Below, one piece after another: positions 18,488-26,621 of a stretch of DNA of 46,058 bases. Origin of the DNA: Elusimicrobiales bacterium (lineage in GTDB: Bacteria > Elusimicrobiota > Elusimicrobia > Elusimicrobiales > UBA9959); assembly GCA_049972095.1 (NCBI GenBank), contig JBMFKQ010000009.1, positions 1-46,058 on the forward strand, in the 5' to 3' direction. The position numbers were made by a program, and so were the translations under genes. The notes under the pieces are model-generated. The model saw nothing but the letters and a program-made list of their open reading frames with translations. It had not been told where the DNA came from and ran no database searches. Each line of letters starts with the position of its first letter. Position 1 is the first letter of the stretch.

Positions 18488-19945
18488 TTAGAAATTATTA
18501 TTTAAAACCTTTTCAAAAAGCCTGATATACTCTGAAACAGATTTACTCCATGAAAAGTCCCAATTCATTGCATTTCTCACAATAGTATTCCAAACCTCCC
18601 TTGATGAATAAAGTGAGATTATATGCCCAAGAATTGAACTTAAACCAGATACATCATTTTTGGGAATGACAAAACCATTTGAAGAAACAGGATCATCAGG
18701 ATAGTAGAAAATTGTATCCTTTAACCCACCAACTTGACTGACAACCGGCAAAGAACCATAACGGCACGCTATCATCTGAGAAAGCCCGCATGGCTCAAAC
18801 CTTGAAGGCATCAGAAATATATCCGATGAGGCATATATCTTGTGAGCAATCTCTTCATTAAAACAATTCATAAAAACAAAACTTCCAGCATACTTTTTTG
18901 CAAGAGAGTTAAGCTTTTCGGCTATATCAGCTGAACCTGTGCCAAGAATCACAAACTGAAATTTACCTATAAACTCCTCACATACATCTATTATGATATC
19001 TATGCCTTTCTGAACATCAAGCCTCGTAACACATCCTGCAAGGATCACATTTTTATCTTGTTTAAGTCCAAACTCTTTCTGAAAAGCCTTCTTACATAAA
19101 GGCTTTATCCTCCAGAAATTTTTTGAATCATATTCACGATATATAAAATTATCGGTTGCAGGATTCCATATATCTATATCAATACCGTTAAGTATTCCAA
19201 AAAGTCGTGAGGCTTTCGCTCTCAACACTCCCTCCATTCCCCTTCCAAAAAAAGGATCTTCAGTTATCTCTTTTGCATAGCTTGGACTAACTGTTGTAAC
19301 AACATCAGCATAGTTTATCCCAGCTTTTAAAAAATTAACTCCACCGTAATACTCAAGCTTGTCAGGAGTAAAATCTAACCATGAAAAACCTGCTTTTATA
19401 AATGTATCTCTGCTAAAAAAACCCTGATATGCTATGTTGTGGATTGTGAATATGGTTTTTGTTTTTACAAAAAAGGCATCGATTCTATATAATGTTTTAA
19501 GATATGCTGGAAGAAGTCCAGTTTGCCAGTCATGCGACCATATTATATCAGGCTTAAAACCCATAAACTTGCACCCTTCAAGAACAGCTCTTTGAAAAAA
19601 TATAAACCTCTCATCATTATCAAGATAATCTCCAGCTTCATTCCTATAAAGACCTGGTCTGTCAAAATATTTGGGATTATCAACAAAATAAACCCTAACC
19701 TTTCCCCAATCAACACTATATAGGTTTGCATCATCCAATCTGTCTGCAACTGGGATTAAGAAGCTGCCACTAAGCTTTTTGGGAGAAAAAGCAGTTTTAC
19801 CTATATCACGGTATCTTGGAAGAAACAGAATAAGCTCAATATCCTTTTCTCTTGAAAGATAATTAGCTACACACCCGACAACATCAGCAAGACCTCCTGT
19901 TTTACAGAAAGGAAATGCTTCGGATGCAGCAATAACTATTTTCAT
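18488..19945 (-). CDS. glgA: Glycogen synthase
   Basis: KTGGLADV, HDWQT, FTIHNIAYQG, TVSPSYAKEI, MPSRFEPCGLSQM, VGGLKDT. Confidence 0.97.
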   Translation of the reverse strand: MKIVIAASEAFPFCKTGGLADVVGCVANYLSREKDIELILFLPRYRDIGKTAFSPKKLSGSFLIPVADRLDDANLYSVDWGKVRVYFVDNPKYFDRPGLYRNEAGDYLDNDERFIFFQRAVLEGCKFMGFKPDIIWSHDWQTGLLPAYLKTLYRIDAFFVKTKTIFTIHNIAYQGFFSRDTFIKAGFSWLDFTPDKLEYYGGVNFLKAGINYADVVTTVSPSYAKEITEDPFFGRGMEGVLRAKASRLFGILNGIDIDIWNPATDNFIYREYDSKNFWRIKPLCKKAFQKEFGLKQDKNVILAGCVTRLDVQKGIDIIIDVCEEFIGKFQFVILGTGSADIAEKLNSLAKKYAGSFVFMNCFNEEIAHKIYASSDIFLMPSRFEPCGLSQMIACRYGSLPVVSQVGGLKDTIFYYPDDPVSSNGFVIPKNDVSGLSSILGHIISLYSSREVWNTIVRNAMNWDFSWSKSVSEYIRLFEKVLNNNF

Positions 19946-19953
19946 AAAACCTC

Positions 19954-20907
19954 CTAAATAAACTTTTTACCAGAAACAAGTATTGAAACTGCTTTTTCAG
20001 GAGAGATTGAGTTAATATAAAATCCACTTCCCCATTCAAACCCAGCAGGCATAGCAAGTTTCGGGAGTATTTCCATATGCCAGTGAAAATCTCTAAAGTT
20101 ATGAGGTGAGGTGTGAAATATTATGTTGTATGAAACTTCAGCTATTGAATTATGAAGTGCAGAAAAAACCTTTCTTATAACATCACAAAGCAGATCAAAA
20201 TTTTTTTCATTATAATAATCAGGGATATGTTTCAAGGGTGAGATCCAGATTTCAAAATTAAAACGCGATGCAAATGGAGCAAATGCAATAAATGAGTCAT
20301 TTATATAAAAAACCCTTTTCTTAATCTTAATCTCGCTTTCTATAACATCACACATAAGACACCTTTTTTTTCTATCGTAGTATTCAAGAAAACTTTTCTT
20401 TTCTTCAAGAATCCTTGTAGGCACAAGTGGAAGTGCAATAATCTGAGAATGGGGGTGTCTAAGGGTTGCACCTGCATTCTTACCATAATTTCTAAAAAGC
20501 ATAACATATTTTATACCCTTCTTACTGTAGAGCTTTCTCATTCTACCAGCAAAAACCTCAAGTATCTCATCAAGATGTTCTATCTCGTGTATTTTCTTAT
20601 CATGTTCAGGTGTTTCTATAATAATCTCATGAACCCCACTAAAAAAATGTTTCCTAAAAATCTCCTCTTTAATTAAACTGTCTCTTCTCACATCTACCAG
20701 AGCTGGATATTTATTTCTTACAACCCTTATGTACCACTTTCCATCTTTCTTCCTCTCAAAAACAGAAGGAGGGGTATCACTTTCATTTCCATAACAAAAA
20801 GGACATCTTGTATCAGGATTTAAATAATCATTAGGTCTTCTCCCCCTCTCATCACTGAGTATTACCCATGCTGAGCTGAATACATCCTTTCTGAGATGTG
20901 GTTTCAT
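19954..20907 (-). CDS. galT: Galactose-1-phosphate uridylyltransferase family (GalT-like; possibly ADP-glucose phosphorylase given glgA adjacency)
   Basis: RGRRP, CPFC.GNE..TP, NKYPAL, HEIIIETPEH, GATLRHPHSQI, GFEWGSG. Confidence 0.88.
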   Translation of the reverse strand: MKPHLRKDVFSSAWVILSDERGRRPNDYLNPDTRCPFCYGNESDTPPSVFERKKDGKWYIRVVRNKYPALVDVRRDSLIKEEIFRKHFFSGVHEIIIETPEHDKKIHEIEHLDEILEVFAGRMRKLYSKKGIKYVMLFRNYGKNAGATLRHPHSQIIALPLVPTRILEEKKSFLEYYDRKKRCLMCDVIESEIKIKKRVFYINDSFIAFAPFASRFNFEIWISPLKHIPDYYNEKNFDLLCDVIRKVFSALHNSIAEVSYNIIFHTSPHNFRDFHWHMEILPKLAMPAGFEWGSGFYINSISPEKAVSILVSGKKFI

Positions 20908-20910
20908 TTT

Positions 20911-21591
20911 TCAGCTGCTTTTATTGCTGTTATTTTCATATTCGGTCTGAGAAGAAATGGTGTTTTCAGATTTACCAACATCAACCAAATTCTTTGTTTC
21001 ATCTTTAATATGAGGGTTCTCAAGATCAGAAGTTGGTTTGTTTATTTTTCCATTCATATCTTTCAAAAGATTCTCATCAACAAGATCATTAATCTTTGGT
21101 AGATCTTCTATGCTATTAAGTCCAAAATGTTTTAAAAATTCATCTGTTGTTCCATACATTATTGGTCTTCCAATCACCTCTTTCCTTCCGACACTTGTTA
21201 TTAGCTTTCTTTCAAGAAGGGTATCTATAGGACCTGATGAATCAACACCTCTTATTGCTTCTATCTCTGCCTTTGTGGTTGGCTGTTTGTAGGCAATTAT
21301 TCCAAGAACCTCAAGAGCCGCGTTTGAAAGTCTTGTTGTCAGCCTTGCACTATAAAGTTTTCTTACCCATAAAGAATACTCCTGTCTTGTTGCCATCTGC
21401 CATCCACCCGCAATTTTTACAACTGAAAGTGCTCTGTTTTCTGCATCATAGCTATGTCTTATATCTTCAATAATCTCTTCAACGATCTTTTCATCAGTCT
21501 CACATATCCTTGATATACGTGATGATGAAAGCGGCTCATCAGTTATAAAAAGAAGCGTTTCTATAATTTTTTTGAGCTCCGCCTTTTCCAT
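20911..21591 (-). CDS. scpB: SMC-Scp complex subunit ScpB
   Basis: IETLLF..EPLS, AGGWQMAT, LSNAALEVLGIIAYKQP, IEAIRGV, GRPIMYGTT..FL..FGL; ATG at 21591 follows GAGGT. Confidence 0.96.
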   Translation of the reverse strand: MEKAELKKIIETLLFITDEPLSSSRISRICETDEKIVEEIIEDIRHSYDAENRALSVVKIAGGWQMATRQEYSLWVRKLYSARLTTRLSNAALEVLGIIAYKQPTTKAEIEAIRGVDSSGPIDTLLERKLITSVGRKEVIGRPIMYGTTDEFLKHFGLNSIEDLPKINDLVDENLLKDMNGKINKPTSDLENPHIKDETKNLVDVGKSENTISSQTEYENNSNKSS

Positions 21592-21600
21592 AGACACACC

Positions 21601-22296
21601 TCACTCCAAACCTATTAGATATATTCTAACCTCACCAAAACTCTCTTCCTGAATGACTTTTACCCTATTTATCTTCACAAGCTCAAGAAGTGCAAGAAAG
21701 CATGTAACTATACCTCTTCTTGAAACCTCATCAGCAAAAACATCATCAAGAAGAACATAGCCCTTCTTTTCAACCATCTTCATAATCTTTTCTATCCTTG
21801 ACTCTATAGGTACATCCTCACCAATTATCTCAGCTGTTGCAACCTTCTCAAAAGCCCTTTTTACAGCATCTATCAAAAGCCTAATATCAACCTCAAGATG
21901 TCTATCATCGCTTGAAAAAACAGGAGAACCTCTATAAAATATATCCTTAAATCTGTTGTATCTTTCTGAAAGCATTGCTGCAACAGCTTTGTACTTCTGA
22001 TACTCCTCAAGCATCCTTGTAAGCTCCAATCGTGGATCTTTACCTTCCTCCTCATCCTCACAGGACCTTGGCATAAGTGTTTTTATCTTTATCTGCATAA
22101 GGGTTGATGCCATTACAAGAAAATCCCCAGCTATTTCAAGATCAAGCTCTTTCATAACATCAAGATACTCAAGATATTCCTTTGTTATTTGAGATATTGG
22201 AATATCATAGATATTAAGGTTATTCTTTTTTATAAGATAAAGAAGAAGATCAAGCGGACCCTCAAATATCTCAAGATGTATGTCAAGCATATTCAT
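21601..22296 (-). CDS. scpA: Segregation and condensation protein A (kleisin)
   Basis: FEGPLDLLLYLI, IYDIPI..IT..YL, FLVMASTL, FLALLELVK, Q...FGEV. Confidence 0.96.
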   Translation of the reverse strand: MNMLDIHLEIFEGPLDLLLYLIKKNNLNIYDIPISQITKEYLEYLDVMKELDLEIAGDFLVMASTLMQIKIKTLMPRSCEDEEEGKDPRLELTRMLEEYQKYKAVAAMLSERYNRFKDIFYRGSPVFSSDDRHLEVDIRLLIDAVKRAFEKVATAEIIGEDVPIESRIEKIMKMVEKKGYVLLDDVFADEVSRRGIVTCFLALLELVKINRVKVIQEESFGEVRIYLIGLE

Positions 22297-23375
22297 ACAA
22301 GCCCTATCGCAGAGAGAACCTCAGCAAATTTTTTACCAGATTTCTTTAATGCTTTATCATTACCAGATTTTATTACATCATAAACAACATCTCTGTTCTC
22401 AAGATAAAACCTTCTTTTATCATCAATCCCCTTCATAATAGGATTAAGCACCTCAAAAAGCCTTTTTTTACATGCAACACAACCAAGTCTTGCTGCTTTG
22501 CAATCCAACTCAATACTCTTATAATCAGGATTATAAACTCTGTGAAAAGCATACACAACACAGCCATTAGGATTTCCACTGTCAGTTACTCTTATCTTTT
22601 TTGGGTCCGTATACATAGACATTACTTTGTTTTTAAGAGAATCACCGTTTTCACCAATATCAACAGTATTACCATACGATTTTGACATCTTTTTCCCATC
22701 AATTCCAGGAATAACTGGTGTGTCAGTAAGAAGTGGTTGTGGTTGTTTAAAAACCTCTTTTTTGAAAATTGAATTAAACCTTGATGCAACATGCCTTGTT
22801 ATTTCAATATGAGCAAGCTGATCCTTACCAACCGGAACAAAATCAGCATCATAAAGTAGAATATCCGCACTCTGAAGAACTGGATAACCTAAAAATCCAT
22901 AGTTTGCAATTTCACTTAAAAGTGCATCCTGAGTTTTATCATCCATTCCAGATGCCTCAGCTATCCTTCTTATTGATCCCACAGATCTTTTTGCTTTATC
23001 CTCCTGCCCTTTGTATTTCTTTTCATAAATCTCGATAAGCTGTTCCTTAAATGTTGGATTTCTCAAAAGCCAAGAAAGCGGTACTATCATTGAAAGAAGA
23101 AGATGAAGCTGATAGTGAGCTGGTATATCTGATTGTCTGAATATCACACATTTTTCAGGGTTAAGACCGCATGCCAACCAGTCAGCAACCATAAGAAATG
23201 TATTTTCCGATATCCTTTGCTTCATATCATTTGCTGTGGTAAGTGCATGAAGATCCGCTATAAAAAAATAACACTCATAGTCATTTTGAAGGTTTATAAA
23301 ATTCCTAAGAGCACCCCAATAATTACCAAGATGAAGCCTTCCTGTCGGTCTCATCCCTGAAACAACTACCTTCAT
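22293..23375 (-). CDS. trpS: Tryptophan--tRNA ligase
   Basis: SGMRPTGRLHLGN, YPVLQSADILLY, VPVGKDQ, KMSKS; ATG at 23375 follows GAGGTG. Confidence 0.97.
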   Translation of the reverse strand: MKVVVSGMRPTGRLHLGNYWGALRNFINLQNDYECYFFIADLHALTTANDMKQRISENTFLMVADWLACGLNPEKCVIFRQSDIPAHYQLHLLLSMIVPLSWLLRNPTFKEQLIEIYEKKYKGQEDKAKRSVGSIRRIAEASGMDDKTQDALLSEIANYGFLGYPVLQSADILLYDADFVPVGKDQLAHIEITRHVASRFNSIFKKEVFKQPQPLLTDTPVIPGIDGKKMSKSYGNTVDIGENGDSLKNKVMSMYTDPKKIRVTDSGNPNGCVVYAFHRVYNPDYKSIELDCKAARLGCVACKKRLFEVLNPIMKGIDDKRRFYLENRDVVYDVIKSGNDKALKKSGKKFAEVLSAIGLV

Positions 23376-23386
23376 AAACACCTCTA

Positions 23387-24022
23387 TCAAACTGAAAAAC
23401 CTATAAGTCTATATAAATGAAGTGTATAACTAAGAGGAAAAAGCACCCAGTATTTTATCATACCACTTACAACAAGAAACACAATTATGTAGATTCCATA
23501 TGGAGACAGCTTTATGTATTTTTCCTTCCATCTATACGGGAGAAGATTCATAATTATCTGACCACCATCAAGAGGATATAGGGGAAAAAGATTAAAATAT
23601 CCAAGAACAAGATTTATAACAACAAGATATCTCATTATCATAACAAAAGGCATAATGAAACTGATGGTTAAAAGACCTAAAAAATTCATAAGTGTTAAAA
23701 GAAGGGCTGATAATGTGGCAAGAAGTATATTTGAAAGTGGTCCTGCAATAGCAACATAAACCATTGACTTTTCTATATCATACATTCTGTATGGATTTAC
23801 AGGAACGGGCTTTGCCCATCCTATAACAGGTGCCCCACTGATGATACCAAGAAATGGCAGTATAAAACTTCCAACAAGATCAAGATGAGGAATAGGATTT
23901 AAAGTAAGCCTTCCCATAATATATGCTGTATCATCACCCCTTTTCATCGCAACATATCCATGAGAATATTCATGAATTATGATAGAAAATATAAGAGCTG
24001 GAATCTGCAATATCCACTGCAT
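23387..24022 (-). CDS. Site-2 protease (M50) family protein
   Basis: HEYSH zinc motif, GRLTLNP, GWAKPVPVNP, AGPLSN, FNLFPLYPLDG. Confidence 0.93.
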   Translation of the reverse strand: MQWILQIPALIFSIIIHEYSHGYVAMKRGDDTAYIMGRLTLNPIPHLDLVGSFILPFLGIISGAPVIGWAKPVPVNPYRMYDIEKSMVYVAIAGPLSNILLATLSALLLTLMNFLGLLTISFIMPFVMIMRYLVVINLVLGYFNLFPLYPLDGGQIIMNLLPYRWKEKYIKLSPYGIYIIVFLVVSGMIKYWVLFPLSYTLHLYRLIGFSV

Positions 24023-24029
24023 AACAAAA

Positions 24030-24070
24030 ATTATATATTTTTTTGATTGATATTTAAAAAATTGTATAAT
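24030..24070. promoter_or_regulatory. Divergent promoters: tRNA-Lys (+) and leaderless site-2 protease operon (-)
   Basis: Plus strand: TTGATT 24043-24048, 16-nt spacer, TATAAT 24065-24070. Minus strand: TATAAT 24035-24030, 7 nt before the ATG at 24022. Confidence 0.6.
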
Positions 24071-24079
24071 AAAACTGAT

Positions 24080-24151
24080 GCGCCCGTAGCTCAGTGGTAG
24101 AGCATCCGCCTTTTAAGCGGGTGGCCGCGCGTTCGAGTCGCGCCGGGCGCA
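24080..24151 (+). tRNA. tRNA-Lys(TTT)
   Basis: GCGCCCGTAGCTCAGTGGTAGAGCATCCGCCTTTTAAGCGGGTGGCCGCGCGTTCGAGTCGCGCCGGGCGCA; acceptor stem GCGCCCG/CGGGCGC; anticodon TTT; CCA not encoded. Confidence 0.95.
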
Positions 24152-24165
24152 AAAAAAGAGGAATA

Positions 24166-24615
24166 GTGAAAAAGAGAAAAAATTTTACCCTTATCGAGCT
24201 TCTTGTAGTTGTCATAATAATATCAACACTTGTATCCATTGCAACACCTACATATTTTAGAGTAGTTGAAAGATTTAGACTTGTTGAGGCAACAACAGTG
24301 ATTAATGATATAAGAAAAGCAGAAGAGGAAGTCCTTATTAGGAAGGGTAGATACTCTGACAACTTCTCTGAACTATATATTGAGATATATGACAAAAACA
24401 ATCAGCTATGCTCTGGTAAAACATGTGAGTTGAAGTATTTTATTATCCAGATAAGGCTAATAACACCTACATCTTATCAGATACTTGCACAGAGAAAAAG
24501 TGATGTAACCCCACCACCACAAAGATACAGTCCTAACTACATATACTTTTATGATTCAAAAACCCGCTCTTACCTATGTAATGATGCTAACTGTGCAAAG
24601 GACTTTCTTATCTAA
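24166..24615 (+). CDS. Type IV pilin (PilE-like) protein
   Basis: GTG start after GAGGA; basic leader KKRKN then FTLIELLVVVIIISTLVSIATPTY; four Cys in the C-terminal domain. Confidence 0.9.
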   Translation: MKKRKNFTLIELLVVVIIISTLVSIATPTYFRVVERFRLVEATTVINDIRKAEEEVLIRKGRYSDNFSELYIEIYDKNNQLCSGKTCELKYFIIQIRLITPTSYQILAQRKSDVTPPPQRYSPNYIYFYDSKTRSYLCNDANCAKDFLI

Positions 24616-24617
24616 AA

Positions 24618-25919
24618 TTATCCACCACCTTCCATTGATTTGAGAAAATCCTTGTTTGATTTTGTAGCGCTGAGCTTGTTTAAAAGCAGCTCCATTGCAT
24701 CGATCGGTGAAAGTGGTGCAAGAACCTTTCTAAGTATCCATACCTTGTTAAGCTCTTCTTCACTTAAAAGAAGTTCTTCCTTCCTAGTAGATGTTTTGTT
24801 TATATCTATCGCAGGAAATATTCTTCTATCTGAAAGCTTTCTGTCAAGATAAACCTCGGAGTTGCCTGTTCCTTTGAATTCCTCAAATATAACATCATCC
24901 ATTCTGCTACCCGTTTCAACAAGAGCTGTTGCTATTATTGTCAAAGAACCACCTTCCTCTATGTTTCTGGCTGCACCAAAAAACCTTTTAGGTCTCTGAA
25001 GTGAAGTAGACTCAAGCCCTCCTGAAAGCACCCTTCCGCTTGAAGGTGTTATAGTATTGTAAGCCCTTGCAAGCCTTGTTATAGAGTCAAGCAGAATAAC
25101 GACATCTTTTTTCATCTCAACAAGTCTTTTTGCCCTTTCAAGAACAACCTCTGCAACCTGAACATGTCTGTCTGCAGGCTCATCGAAGGTTGATGCTATG
25201 ACATCACCCTTAACAGATCTCCTCATATCAGTGACCTCCTCAGGTCTTTCATCTATAAGAAGCACAATGAGTTCAACCTCCGGATGGTTTGTGGTAAGTG
25301 CATTTGCAATCTTTTGAAGTATCATTGTTTTGCCAGCCTTTGGTGGTGATACTATGAGAGCTCTCTGACCTTTTCCTATAGGACAGATAAGATCTATAAC
25401 CCTTGTCGTAAGTTCATCTTTTGTAGTTTCAAGTATAAATCTTTTGTTTGGATGAAGAGGGGTTAAATTATCAAAAAAAGGCCTATTCCTTATCTCTTCA
25501 AACGCCACATCATTTATCCTCTCGACCTGAAGAAGTGCAAAATACTTTTCACCCTCTTTAGGTGGTCTCATTATACCGTATATCTCATCACCCTTTCTAA
25601 GGCCCAATCTTTTTATCTGTGATGGAGAAACATATATATCATCCTGACTTGTCACATAATTGTATTCCTTTGATCTCAAGAAACCATACCCCTCCAAATG
25701 AATATCAAGCACACCTGAGCCCCTGACAAGCCCATTCTCCTTTGCCTCAGCCTCCATAATACGGGCTATTATATCCTGTTTTTTAAGCCCACCAAGATCC
25801 TCAAGCCCATATTTTTCAGCAATCTTCAAAAGCTCACTAACAGTCATTTTTGAAAGAGCATCTATGTCAGGTTTGTTTGTCTGAGTATCAATGCCATTTT
25901 TCGCATTCATCTCTCCCAT
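24618..25919 (-). CDS. rho: Transcription termination factor Rho
   Basis: [68 protein letters not shown]. Confidence 0.98.
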   Translation of the reverse strand: MGEMNAKNGIDTQTNKPDIDALSKMTVSELLKIAEKYGLEDLGGLKKQDIIARIMEAEAKENGLVRGSGVLDIHLEGYGFLRSKEYNYVTSQDDIYVSPSQIKRLGLRKGDEIYGIMRPPKEGEKYFALLQVERINDVAFEEIRNRPFFDNLTPLHPNKRFILETTKDELTTRVIDLICPIGKGQRALIVSPPKAGKTMILQKIANALTTNHPEVELIVLLIDERPEEVTDMRRSVKGDVIASTFDEPADRHVQVAEVVLERAKRLVEMKKDVVILLDSITRLARAYNTITPSSGRVLSGGLESTSLQRPKRFFGAARNIEEGGSLTIIATALVETGSRMDDVIFEEFKGTGNSEVYLDRKLSDRRIFPAIDINKTSTRKEELLLSEEELNKVWILRKVLAPLSPIDAMELLLNKLSATKSNKDFLKSMEGGG

Positions 25920-25937
25920 ATTTTCTCCCCTTTCAAC

Positions 25938-26621
25938 TCAATATCTGTTTTTCATCTGATAAATTTTATTCAGAGAAAAAATCTCCAATACATCGGCAAT
26001 CTCTTTAACATTTTTTATAAATGATCTAAGATCAGAGTTATTAGATATCACTGCATCTGATCTCATCATCCTAAGTCTATCATCAAGCTGATTTTTCATC
26101 CTTGCCCTAACATCCCAGATTCTCATTCCTCTTTCGACAAGTCGCCTTTCAACTTTTTCCCTCTCACAGCATACACACACTACTATATCAAAAGCCTGCT
26201 CAAGATTTGTCTCAAAGAGGAGTGGAATCTCCACCACAACAGCTTTCTCTGCGGCATTTTTTATCTTTTTAAGAATATGCAAAACAACAGCAGGGTGAAT
26301 AATACCTTCCACAAACCTCTTTGCCCTTATATCACTAAATATCAGGCGAGCAAGAGCAGTCTTATCTATCACATTACAATGATCTTGAACAGATGGATAT
26401 CTACTTAAAATTATATCACAGTAGTAGGGAAGTGTCAAGAGTTCTTTTACAATCTCATCGCTTGAAATAGTATAAAAGCCCTTTTTTGCAAAAACCGAAA
26501 GTGCCGTTGACTTACCACTCCCAATACCACCAGTAAGTCCTACTAAAAGTTTTCCATTTTCAGATATTTTCCTAAACCTTGGTATAAAGTAATTGAGGTT
26601 TTTTATTTTAACCCTCCCCAT
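25938..26621 (-). CDS. coaE: Dephospho-CoA kinase
   Basis: VGLTGGIGSGKST, IIHP, VEIPLLFE, RMKNQ; follows polA as in many genomes. Confidence 0.93.
   Translation of the reverse strand: MGRVKIKNLNYFIPRFRKISENGKLLVGLTGGIGSGKSTALSVFAKKGFYTISSDEIVKELLTLPYYCDIILSRYPSVQDHCNVIDKTALARLIFSDIRAKRFVEGIIHPAVVLHILKKIKNAAEKAVVVEIPLLFETNLEQAFDIVVCVCCEREKVERRLVERGMRIWDVRARMKNQLDDRLRMMRSDAVISNNSDLRSFIKNVKEIADVLEIFSLNKIYQMKNRY

Noticed and set aside
22905..23039. Intein or intron in trpS
   Set aside because: The in-frame insert lacks Cys/Ser...His-Asn splice motifs and is far too short.
24094..24165. N-terminal 24 codons of the listed 173-aa pilin ORF, and the opposite-strand ORF 24054-24401
   Set aside because: They run through tRNA-Lys. 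The real start is the GTG at 24166 with an SD, and the minus-strand ORF is a shadow of the pilin.
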